A program made the position numbers and the translations under genes. The notes beneath the pieces were generated by a model that had not been told where the DNA came from, did not search any database, and saw nothing but the letters and a program-made list of their open reading frames with translations. A stretch of 64,000 nt of DNA from Candidatus Latescibacterota bacterium (GTDB lineage: Bacteria; Latescibacterota; UBA2968), in assembly GCA_965222605.1 (NCBI GenBank), contig OZ244960.1:1600001-1664000 (forward strand). The letters are read 5' to 3'. Shown piece by piece: positions 10,001 through 18,216 of the stretch; position 1 is the first letter of the stretch, and every line of letters begins with the position of its first letter.

Positions 10001-10336
10001 GCTTTTCTCGCTACGACGTTCTTTAGAAAACTTGCTCAAATCTGGGCTAACTGCTTCCAGCTTGTCTTCAACGACAGATAGTGTTTCATCGGCATCAGGG
10101 CGATTCTCAACCAAATGCAACAAATAGGTCGCTGTAATTGATTTCCCTGTTCCATAGGGCGCAACAACAAAAAACGCCCTGTCTTGTTCAGAACCGAGCA
10201 GGGATTTTATGAGAGGGACACTCTTGGCCGTGGGCTGGTAGTGTGCAATCCGATTCGGATATTCTGCATCGTATTGTATGTTAATAGAACGAAGAAATAC
10301 TTCCGCATCGAACTCGACTGTTTTCTCAAGCTGCAT
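6983..10336 (-). CDS. sspC: Large P-loop ATPase, SspC-like (1117 aa)
   Basis: RSINI..D N-terminus, Walker A APYGTGKS, Walker B ILWDEFGR, YPL.P, QNERTLFSFL, PPFGVRAG; between DUF4007 and PAPS reductase genes. Confidence 0.78.
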   Translation of the reverse strand: MQLEKTVEFDAEVFLRSINIQYDAEYPNRIAHYQPTAKSVPLIKSLLGSEQDRAFFVVAPYGTGKSITATYLLHLVENRPDADETLSVVEDKLEAVSPDLSKFSKERRSEKSKGLVLALQGYCQNLGESLKDAALKGMGRIKLGRQARTIESMQCETIDQAIELLGAVRDKARAAGCDRVVILWDEFGRHIESLIAEGRSAALSEIQLLAESVSRSKAIPVTLGLLLHQELLQYVSNSPASVRAEWRKIEGRFQTVQYIDDSKEIYRLLSEVVSEQNCSNILPDEQVKSSALECKQLGLFSDFTVSELQSLLRRAYPLEPTTLYLLPRISGRVAQNERTLFSFLNFIDFQNHVKPDHLYEYFSPEMRTDTAVGGTYRQWLETQNALSKLDDDDLAATALRTASLLGFGVNGERSRTSRDLLLFALRGYAGAGVVSNGSQEGEEVVDQLIDKKLLLHRKHSDEVSVWHGTDADLRGRLEEEKSRQRRTFDFITFLIDEANPPVWRPVRYNSDFHIRRFLQGEYWSLEKLDECLDVPVGCDGKIIYVIAETMEELQEAERVAANYLHDERVILAMPRAPVPLFEAALEVWCLTQMQGDDKLVGSDPMVLSEIQQMTDDARSHLQKLLDRLILPGSEGPRWFYKGSELQVKNAYDLRNELSKIMQRIFLYTPKINNEMIVRHKPTPTLVNSRKKLLLGILERSGQEMLGIEGNPPEASMFRTILFHTGLYYTDKGEGWKYALPDQVKDPGLQKVWSKIQQFFTDSSEKPKDIPDLFDELMKPPFGVRAGLLPILFAAGLKAFPSVYLLRYKGGGYVSDILPSEIEQLCREPEKYEFIVLDLDQTKLDYLNAVHELFGSQARSTTGNDLIRACYDALENWKMGLPAGALSTRYLTQRTRRFQTVIRQSSDPVQLLFERIPRALDCSIHEQHVLLESLEKCKDELSEVIDSYQLKAISSLRRALSLNWKSENGQVKEIARRWALCFPDELSDALSDNESKGLLSRMLMPYPSDAKLIDSLSGLFLQKTINRWDDSCIANFDREIHSAVRRIEESALSFEFKVSGAVKNGLANLVQERMNIMYERLTDIVGPKEARELFAHILEDNTGEDLHGNHTRGVEQSV

Positions 10337-11240
10337 GCTGATCTCTCCATTGGATCATGTCGTAGTGATTTCTCAGCCAATCAACGGGTTGCATTCGCTG
10401 AATGCGTATTCTTCTGTCTCCTGCGAGACCGTCCACCTGGATGTTCTTATTTAGGTCCACTTCTTCGGCCTGAAGGGCAAGCGATAATAGGGATTCACTC
10501 GTCAATACAAATGCCTTGCCTGGACCGCTCGGGCACGTTACCGCCTCTCTCAAGGATATAGGGAATGTATCTTTTCCTGTCCTGGCCTCCTCAAATACCA
10601 TAGAGAGAGCATAGCCCAATAGATGAATGGGAATCTCCTTCTCCCCTTGATGTACTTGATAATATCCTGATGTGCGAAAATTGCTCAATAACCCCAATTC
10701 GACGAATGGACACTCAAGCGCATCTTCCGGATCTTTGTTCTCTGTTGGAATAACTCTGGCATAGCTCTGCAATAGGCAAGCAACATCTCGATCAATGGTA
10801 TTTTCACTGGGTGGTCGAGATCGTAAGTTATCTACATCGCGCATTAGACGATCTATGCACATAGACCTTTCAAATCGGGAGTGAGTAAAAGTATTGAAGA
10901 ACCATTTCCATGTATATACCCGCGTTTGGGGGGCAACCAGATTAACGTGCAAAGCCCACCATGTCCCAATATCAATAAAATAAAGGTCTCGCTCATAAAT
11001 AAGACTGCCAAGTTTCGTTTCTTTTAACCGAGGCTGACGCCCTTTGCCTTTCACGCGCTGGGCCAATCCCGTTACCTCCAGCCAGTGACGAATAGAACGA
11101 GACATATTTTTTCCAACACCGAGCCAATCCGCAACATATTCATGATATAGCAACTCGGGATCCTCAATGAGCAGCTTGAGACCTTTGTAAAGCCATCCCT
11201 CTCGAATTGCAAAAGTTTCATGTCCACTAAATTTCATCAT
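10326..11240 (-). CDS. sspB: DUF4007 protein, SspB-like
   Basis: KFSGHETFAIREGWLYKG, LGVGKNM..SIRHWL, DLYF...GTWWALH, CPF.ELGLL. Confidence 0.85.
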   Translation of the reverse strand: MMKFSGHETFAIREGWLYKGLKLLIEDPELLYHEYVADWLGVGKNMSRSIRHWLEVTGLAQRVKGKGRQPRLKETKLGSLIYERDLYFIDIGTWWALHVNLVAPQTRVYTWKWFFNTFTHSRFERSMCIDRLMRDVDNLRSRPPSENTIDRDVACLLQSYARVIPTENKDPEDALECPFVELGLLSNFRTSGYYQVHQGEKEIPIHLLGYALSMVFEEARTGKDTFPISLREAVTCPSGPGKAFVLTSESLLSLALQAEEVDLNKNIQVDGLAGDRRIRIQRMQPVDWLRNHYDMIQWRDQHAA

Positions 11241-12445
11241 TTCACCTCTGTCAAACTTGTATTGACATGGTTAAAGTCAATAAGCGACAACCGCCGCCGA
11301 CTGAACCTCCGCAATTGTTCACACAACCGCGCCAGATGTACAACAGTCTCATCGACATCTTCAATTGTATTGAACTCTGAAAAACTAAACCGGATACTCG
11401 CATACGCCTCGGACTCAGACAGACCCATAGCTCGTAACACATACGAAGGCTCGGGCCGCTGATTGGTGCATGCCGAACTCTGTGAACATCGAACCCCTTC
11501 TTGATCCAACCGTGCCACGAGTGCCTGACCATCCACATCTCGAAACATCAAATTCGTCGTATTGCAAACCCGCACATCGGGATCACCGTTAATCTCGACA
11601 TCGGGTATTTTAGTAATGACAGACTGCTCATAATCATCCCGAAGCGAAGCCATAAGCACCTGCACATCTTCTAACCGATCCAACCGCAACTTGGCCGCGG
11701 TACCCATTCCAATAATACCCGGCACATTCTCTGTCCCTGGCCGCAATCCGCCTTCTTGCGATCCACCCCAAAGCAAAGGCACCAACTCTTTGGACGACCT
11801 CACATAAAGTGCCCCAACGCCCTGTGGCCCGTGGAATTTGTGCGCGGTAAAAGTTAAAAAATCAACGGGCAATTCTGTTACAGAAATGGGCAGTTTTCCA
11901 ACAGCCTGCGCCGCATCAGTATGAAATAACACACCTCGGGATTGACAAAGCCGGGCAATCCGCTCAACGGGCAAAATCGCGCCTGTTTCATTATTCACCC
12001 ACTGCACAGAAACCAGATCAGTGTCTGGCGTAACAGCCTCATTCAGAGCTTTCCAATCCAACTGTCCGCAGCGATCCACTGGAACAGACACCACCTCAAC
12101 GCCTCTCGCACTGAGATAATCGTTCATCTTTACAATTGACGAGTGTTCTACAGTCGTCGTCACAATGCGAACCCGTTTTCCCGCTTGGGCGCGTTGAACA
12201 ACAGAATTAAAAACCGTATTATTCGCCTCAGTCCCACTCCCCATAAACACAATCTGATCCGACTCAGCCCCCACCAAATTCGCAACAGCTTCACGCGCTG
12301 CAACCATTTCTTCGCGCACCCGGTCACCAGCCGAATGTGCGCTCGACGGATTGCCAAAATCCTCGCCCAATACACGCATCATGGCCTCGCGCACCTCGGG
12401 CAAGGGTCGCGTCGTCGCATTATTGTCTAAATACACTTCTCGCAT
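11237..12445 (-). CDS. sspA: Cysteine desulfurase (IscS/DndA/SspA-like)
   Basis: YLDNNATT, GNPSS.H, HTDAAQAVGK, TAHKFHGPQG (PLP Lys), SQSSACT catalytic Cys; ATGA overlap with DUF4007 gene. Confidence 0.88.
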   Translation of the reverse strand: MREVYLDNNATTRPLPEVREAMMRVLGEDFGNPSSAHSAGDRVREEMVAAREAVANLVGAESDQIVFMGSGTEANNTVFNSVVQRAQAGKRVRIVTTTVEHSSIVKMNDYLSARGVEVVSVPVDRCGQLDWKALNEAVTPDTDLVSVQWVNNETGAILPVERIARLCQSRGVLFHTDAAQAVGKLPISVTELPVDFLTFTAHKFHGPQGVGALYVRSSKELVPLLWGGSQEGGLRPGTENVPGIIGMGTAAKLRLDRLEDVQVLMASLRDDYEQSVITKIPDVEINGDPDVRVCNTTNLMFRDVDGQALVARLDQEGVRCSQSSACTNQRPEPSYVLRAMGLSESEAYASIRFSFSEFNTIEDVDETVVHLARLCEQLRRFSRRRLSLIDFNHVNTSLTEVK

Positions 12446-12502
12446 GATCAACTCTCAACAATGGCAAAATTCGTACCTGGAATTAAAACTTTTGCTAAAT
12501 TT

Positions 12503-12599
12503 CTGGATTGCGGCTAAAACCATGCCGCAATGACAACCAAAACTACTGGATTACTGGCGTTGTGCTGTGCGTGACGACTAAAACCATGCCGCAATGACA
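12503..12599. repeat. REP-like palindromic repeat plus a partial tandem copy
   Basis: CTGGATTGCGGC-N9-GCCGCAATGAC hairpin; 22-bp direct repeat CTAAAACCATGCCGCAATGACA at 12514-12535 and 12578-12599; same family at 38988-39022. Confidence 0.75.
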
Positions 12600-12653
12600 C
12601 CCCTCTGGCGAATGCTGGAGTCCGGTGGTTTAAGCCTCGCCTGACCAATAAAC

Positions 12654-12920
12654 TTATTTGAAAGACAAATCAGAGCGTTTATGGTTAAAAAGTTTCAACT
12701 GATTTGCATCGGATTGATCAATAGGTTCAATCCGATTGGCAAATTGACGAATCTCTTCGGCCTCAGCAGAAGTGAAGAGAACATGCTTATTACGATACCG
12801 ATGCCCAGCAGGGACTTTGCCTTCATTCCGCCACCGCCAGAGCGTTTGGCGCGACACATTCAAATCACCTATCACTTCAGTTGCTGAATAATAGGTGATA
12901 CTGTCAATCTGAATCGGCAT
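12654..12920 (-). CDS. Small AlpA/excisionase/MerR-like HTH DNA-binding protein
   Basis: YYSATEV...LNVSRQTLWRWRNEGKVP..R...VLFT. Confidence 0.85.
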   Translation of the reverse strand: MPIQIDSITYYSATEVIGDLNVSRQTLWRWRNEGKVPAGHRYRNKHVLFTSAEAEEIRQFANRIEPIDQSDANQLKLFNHKRSDLSFK

Positions 12921-12926
12921 ATTGAC

Positions 12927-12980
12927 GTCTCGCAGTGTTTCAAATCGTTGCGTATGTCTCTGTATGTAACATGCGGTTCT
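12927..12980. promoter_or_regulatory. Helically phased GTNNC-like repeats upstream of the HTH gene (putative operator)
   Basis: GTCTC 12927, GTTTC 12937, GTTGC 12947, GTCTC 12956, GTAAC 12966, GTTCT 12976. Confidence 0.5.
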
Positions 12981-13107
12981 ATGCTAAGACTCAAACGTGC
13001 TGCCGTCAATAACAATTTGTATTGCTTAACTGCTCAAATGTTCACCAATCAATATACACAAGGGATTGAAATTCCGCAAGTTGACAGGCAGATCAATACA
13101 CGGCTAC

Positions 13108-13157
13108 AAAAAATAAAGCCCAATGGATAACTGATCCACCGGGCTTTTGTTTTTTTT
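13108..13157. terminator. Bidirectional intrinsic terminator downstream of the permease
   Basis: AAAGCCC..TGGAT-loop-ATCCA..GGGCTTT flanked by A and T tracts. Confidence 0.75.
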
Positions 13158-13168
13158 ATTATCCCAAT

Positions 13169-15626
13169 CTATTCATGCCGCAGTGCTTCCACTGGGTTGG
13201 ACAGCGCCACGCGAAGGGCGTGGAAACTCACAGTAAACAACGCAATCGCCAATGCGACCGCGCCACTCAAAACAAATATCCACCACGAAAGATCCGTGCG
13301 ATAGGCAAAGCCATCCAGCCAATTTCGCATCGCAAAATACGCAACCGGCCATGCAAACAGATTGGCAATCAAAACCATAATTGCAAATGTTTTGGAAACC
13401 AAAATCACAATATTTGATACACTCGCGCCCAAAACCTTTCGCACCCCAATCTCTTTCACGCGCTGCTCAATCGCAAATGCCGCAAGACCAAAAAGACCCA
13501 TACACGCGAGCAAAATCGCCATCCCCGACGAAAGCAATGTAAGCGCCTGCGCCCGTTGTTCTGCAGAGTACATGTATTCAAACTGCTGATCCCACATCAT
13601 ATATTCAAAAGGCTGATCTGCGGGAACAAATCGCTTCCATGTCTTTTGAAAAAAAGCGAGCGTCTCTTCCATATTTTCCGCCTTGACGCGCACGCCCAAA
13701 CTGTAAAATTGCTGGTGCCGAAGCGTCAGCGCGACAGGGCCAATTTTTTCTTGCAGCGGACCGTAGTGAAAATCTTGCACAACGCCAATCACCGTCCCCT
13801 TTCGATTCCTCTCCCGATCAACCCACTCAAAAGACTTGCCAATAGGATCATCCCAACCGAGCCGAGCCACCGCTGTTTCATTGATGATAAAGGCTCTCGA
13901 CGTGTCTGTGGGAAATGCAATCGGATCAAATTTTCGCCCTTCTACCAGTTCGATTTGAAACACATCGAGATAATCTTCATCGACCTCCAGAAGGGGCATG
14001 CGCCAGTCTGTACCCTCGTGTCCCTCTGCCCGAATGGTTCGGATAATACCCCCACTCCATCCAACCCGCCAAGCGATACGCCGTTGCTTCGAGCGCGTTA
14101 GGATGGGCGCGAAATGCCTCTTTCACCGTAGCATAACGAGCGGCGAGCTTTTGCCCCGGATCTGATTTTGTTTCCTGGTCGAGAACAAATATGGGCATGA
14201 GGACCATCTGCTCCATATTAAGACCCAGATGCTTATTTTTAATATAGTCGAGTTGCCGATAGATCACCCCCGTACTCGCAAGCAGAATAATTGAAATTGT
14301 AAATTGCGCCACCACCAATCCCCTCCGAATCCACTGTCCCCGAGAACCCGCGCGAAACGTTCCCTTTAGCGTTTCTGTGGGTTCATACGCTGAAAGAAAA
14401 AACGCGGGATAGACACCGGCCAACAGCCCGACGAATACAGCAATACCAATCAAAGCAATTGCGAGCAAAGGATCACTTGACAAATTGAACTCGATCTGTT
14501 TGTAAAAAAAGGCGTTAAACTCGGGAAGCACGAGTTCGACGGCACTAAGCGCGAGAACAAGCGCAATCAATGCCATGAGAACAGACTCGCCTAAAAACTG
14601 ACCCATCAGTTGTGAGCGATACGCCCCCGACACCTTTCGCAAACCCACCTCGTGCGCCCTGCGAGCCGATTGTGCCGTGGTCAAATTTGTAAAATTAATA
14701 CATCCAATCGCAAGCACCAGAACTGCAATAGCACCAAATTGATAGACGCGATCAATATCGCCGTACCAATCCAGATTGTAGTCCTGTCTCGAATAGAGAT
14801 GAATGTGGTCAAGAGGCTGGAGATGATACGCATTTGTGCGCGCGATCTCCGCACCCATATAGCGATCCATAAATTCGGGGAGTTTTGCGGACAGCGCCCT
14901 GGGATCCGCCCCTTCTCGCAGCAGAAGATATGTATTGACAGGACGCCAGCCATCGGTTGGTATCCAATCTTCCCAGAGGTATTTCGCGCCTTCGGACGCG
15001 AATCCGCCTGTTCCGATATAATCGATATAATCGGTTTCACCGTAGCGGCTGAGTGTAGAGTTGCGGGGCACATCTTTTAATACCGCTGTAATGGTGCGCT
15101 CGCCTCCGTGGTGCTTGCTTTCAGAGGTTATGGTCTTGCCAATCGGGTCTTCATCTCCAAACAACCGCTTTGCCCCCGATTCTGTTATAGCAATGGCATT
15201 GGGATTGGGAAATGCTGTTTCGAGATTGCCACGCACAAATGGAAAATCTAAAATTTCAAACAACTCGGGATCGACAATACAGATGCTCAGTGGAAATTTT
15301 TTTTCTCCCAAGCTTACGTCTATGAAATCGATCCATACGCGCACGACTTTCTCCACTTCGGGAAAATCCCGCTCAAGTGCCCCTGCCAGCGCGCCCGACG
15401 TATCGGGCAAATAATTCGATTGCCCTCCGGCTCTGGTCTCCCGGATAACCCGATAGATCCGATCTCCTTTTGCATGCCAACTGTCAAAACTCAACTCGTC
15501 CTGAATATAGAGCACGATCAAAATGCACGTGCTCAGACCAATGGCAAGCCCCAGAATATTAATAGCACTAAAAGTCTTTTGCCGCTTGAGATTCCTCAGC
15601 GCGATAATCAGGTAATTTCTAAACAC
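13169..15626 (-). pseudogene. FtsX/MacB-type ABC transporter permease split by a +1 frameshift near 14071
   Basis: ORF 13977-15626 (MFRNYLIIALRNL, EVGLRKVSGA) and ORF 13169-13999 (KEIGVRKVLGA, NPVEALRHE) join if one base is removed in TAT CGC T TGG CGG. Confidence 0.8.
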
Positions 15627-15727
15627 GATAACCCTCCCCCGTTACAAATAGTACGAATTAAAAACTATTAACCCATTAGACACACCAGAAAAATAATGGG
15701 GTGGAAAGTTTTCCACCCTAAAAGAAA

Positions 15728-15742
15728 GCAATTTCTGTGCCA
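15728..15742 (-). promoter_or_regulatory. Sigma-54 (-24/-12) promoter of the permease
   Basis: Minus strand TGGCACAGAAATTGC, exact GG-N10-GC spacing, about 100 nt upstream of the start. Confidence 0.75.
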
Positions 15743-15807
15743 AAATTCTCTTCTCTATGTTTTACAATCAGTTATAAAAATTTGTGCCATGAGCACAGTT
15801 TAATAAG

Positions 15808-15844
15808 TGTCCGATTTTGATACAGTGGTGTCCGAAAATGAACA
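15808..15844. promoter_or_regulatory. Tandem enhancer-binding-protein UAS sites
   Basis: TGTCCGATTTTGATACA (15808-15824) and TGTCCGAAAATGAACA (15829-15844), starts 21 bp apart, upstream of the sigma-54 promoter. Confidence 0.6.
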
Positions 15845-15852
15845 CCTAACAT

Positions 15853-15888
15853 AAAAACAGGCACATTGTTTTGATTTCAATGTGCCTG
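15853..15888 (-). terminator. Intrinsic terminator
   Basis: CAGGCACATTG/CAATGTGCCTG 11-bp stem followed by TTTTT on the minus strand. Confidence 0.7.
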
Positions 15889-15914
15889 CTGTATTATCCG
15901 TAGAACCATTATTT

Positions 15915-16093
15915 ACTGATGTTACGCATATGCAGAATATAATGCGCCTGTCATTCTGAGCCTTTCGACTTCGCTCAAGATAAACTCCGCGCAGCGGAGT
16001 CGAAGAATCTATATACTTCAGAGGTAAAAGATGCTTCGTCAGCCTATCGGCTTCCTCAGCATGACAGAAACGCGAGACCTGCGTAACATCAGT
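15915..16093. mobile_element. MITE-like element (179 bp) with nested palindromic repeats
   Basis: Perfect 14-bp TIRs ACTGATGTTACGCA / TGCGTAACATCAGT flanked by TATTT on both sides; internal TGTCATTCTGAG...CTCAGCATGACA palindrome. Confidence 0.7.
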
Positions 16094-16229
16094 TATTTAT
16101 TACAATGACAAGGGTCGGAGGGCGAGTTGTTGGGGGTAAAGAGAGACGAATTTTCTGGTGAATGGCTACTTACCATGTTGGTGGTTTAAAAAACATACCG
16201 GCAGCGTCATGTAATCGATATAGATACTT

Positions 16230-16299
16230 AAAAATTTAAGAGTAGATACCTCAGTATCTACTCTTAAGCCCTGCTCCCGAAGCAACAGGGGGGATTAAG
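16230..16299 (-). ncRNA. Candidate ~70-nt small RNA (two hairpins)
   Basis: cUUCGg-capped stem (16269-16290), then a perfect 14-bp stem (16236-16267) and a U tract; possible TTGATT...TACATT promoter just upstream. Confidence 0.4.
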
Positions 16300-16373
16300 T
16301 GTAATGTATAAAATACAGACAAGAATCAAGTGCTTTATTGCAGGTTGCTCATAGAATGTAAACCACACAACAT

Positions 16374-18161
16374 TCAAATCACCAACCTCTTCATCTCGTG
16401 CTTTTTAGCGAAATACACATTATTTCCCATCACAGGACCGGGGATTTGGAAGGCGTCTTTTTCTTTGTATAGGGAAGTAACAGCGCGGCGGGCTGGGTCA
16501 AATTCATAAAAAGAAGCAGAAGTAAAACCGTATATCTTCCCATCTGGTCCCGTCTGAAGCCCCAGATCCAGGGGGCGGCCATCCGGCAGGGGAATCGCAT
16601 AAAGGAACGCCCGCGAAACAGGATCAAAAGCAAACAAAACAGATCCCTCATCGCCCAGAGCCGTACCGTACAACAAACCATCTTCCCCGACAACAAGCGC
16701 ATTAATCGCTGAAATCCGCCTATCGAGCGTACCCTCCCACGCCTTCTCCTCCCGCTCATAATCCCACAAAAACAACCCCGCCTGTGAAACCCGCGGACGG
16801 GTACCGGACCCCCCGTTAATCGTCGTCCCCACCGCAAGCAAATCCTGACGAGATAACCACGCCAGCGACCAGCAACTCGCCTCCCCGGCAATATCGCGAT
16901 AGGTACCAAACGCCTCCGTACCCGGATCAAACCATGACAACGGACCACCCCACAAACCGTAATCCGGAACAGAAGCTATCCACACCCGACCCATCGGACC
17001 AGTCACCATCGCACGAGGGCGATAAGACACCTCATCTATACGCCCTAAATCACGCGGATTGCTATCAGCCTCCATCCCAAATTGATATGGAAGGGAAGGA
17101 TCGTACACCGACAGCCTGGCACCGGGATAGGAACAAATATAGAGCTTACCATCCAAATTCCCCATCGAATACGCCTCTCCAGTCGCCGTAGAACAAACCC
17201 CCAGATCCGTCATCGCACCCGTAGAAGGCACATACCGAAACAAATGCAACGGCAAAATACTCGACCCGTATATATTGTCATCCGGACCGCGATGCACCAA
17301 AAACAACTCGCTCCCCGCCGATTTGTATGTAATGGGCAACCGCCTCGTCGCACCCGTCTCGGGCTGTGTGATCTCAACCACGCGGTACATCTGCGTATCC
17401 CGATCCGCAAAATCAACAATCGCGCCATCGGACATCGTCGGCAGCGGCGCCGGTTCGGGAAGCGCCGCCACCCGAACCGCCTCAAAACCCGCCAAACGAA
17501 AATTGCCCTCAGACGACTGAATATAAAGCGACCCATCAGACGCCCGCATCAACGACGACGCCCCACCATCCTCCTTCGATACAACCGGTCCCACCGCCTG
17601 ATGAACACCCGTCCTCGGATCTAACACCACCACATGGGGCCGCGTCATCTTAATATCGCATGCAATCGTCCCATCCGGCGCACACATCGGATAACAATAC
17701 ATATCCGTCTCATCCATCCGCCCATACCGCACAAACACACCAGTCTTCGGATCATAACTCGTCAGCCCCGCCGAACCATAACACCCGATCCACAGCACCC
17801 CATGAGCATCCTCATCAATACGACACGGAAACGTATCATACGGCAAATTAATCGCGCCCAAATTATCCAATCGCCCCGCCTTTGGATCATAGCAAAACAA
17901 ATAACCGGCGTACGCCGCCCCAATATAAATCACACCACTGCGACTCAGAAATGTAGCCGTCGGATAATGCGCCGAAGGCACCGTCGCCGTCACCTGATCT
18001 GTCTCACCCGTAACCGGATCGACCTTCACCACAGTAAAACCATCTGCCTGCTGGCCCATCACAGCCACCAGACAATCGCGATCCTCTGCATCCAGCGCCG
18101 GAAAAATACGCACCCAATTGACACTGCGAACCGGCACGCCAAGAGTATGGACAGAAGACAC
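16374..18161 (-). CDS. Multi-blade beta-propeller protein
   Basis: Repeated G.IYIG / L..YDP.TG blades; start moved to GTG 18161 to avoid overlap with PBP1A and its terminator. Confidence 0.7.
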   Translation of the reverse strand: MSSVHTLGVPVRSVNWVRIFPALDAEDRDCLVAVMGQQADGFTVVKVDPVTGETDQVTATVPSAHYPTATFLSRSGVIYIGAAYAGYLFCYDPKAGRLDNLGAINLPYDTFPCRIDEDAHGVLWIGCYGSAGLTSYDPKTGVFVRYGRMDETDMYCYPMCAPDGTIACDIKMTRPHVVVLDPRTGVHQAVGPVVSKEDGGASSLMRASDGSLYIQSSEGNFRLAGFEAVRVAALPEPAPLPTMSDGAIVDFADRDTQMYRVVEITQPETGATRRLPITYKSAGSELFLVHRGPDDNIYGSSILPLHLFRYVPSTGAMTDLGVCSTATGEAYSMGNLDGKLYICSYPGARLSVYDPSLPYQFGMEADSNPRDLGRIDEVSYRPRAMVTGPMGRVWIASVPDYGLWGGPLSWFDPGTEAFGTYRDIAGEASCWSLAWLSRQDLLAVGTTINGGSGTRPRVSQAGLFLWDYEREEKAWEGTLDRRISAINALVVGEDGLLYGTALGDEGSVLFAFDPVSRAFLYAIPLPDGRPLDLGLQTGPDGKIYGFTSASFYEFDPARRAVTSLYKEKDAFQIPGPVMGNNVYFAKKHEMKRLVI

Positions 18162-18173
18162 TACACACCCCCA

Positions 18174-18211
18174 AAAAAATATGGGATGACCCGTTTTCTG
18201 GATCATCCCAC
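18174..18211 (-). terminator. Terminator after PBP1A
   Basis: TGGGATGATCC-loop-GGGTCATCCCA followed by a T tract on the minus strand. Confidence 0.7.
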
Positions 18212-18216
18212 AGAAA

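Noticed and set aside
6214-11240. BREX type 4 call for DUF4007 + ATPase + PAPS reductase
   Set aside because: No PglZ or BrxL in the window; DUF4007 and PAPS reductase are separate genes in sspABCD order with a desulfurase.
11237-12445. Housekeeping iscS/nifS
   Set aside because: No iscU/nifU/iscR neighbours; translationally coupled to the DUF4007 gene.
12503-12599. Mini CRISPR array
   Set aside because: Only two 22-bp copies, part of a REP-like family also found at 38988; no cas genes.
12654-12920. Excisionase of a prophage or ICE
   Set aside because: No integrase, tRNA or att-like repeat visible in the window; a regulator role is more parsimonious, though the left flank is unseen.
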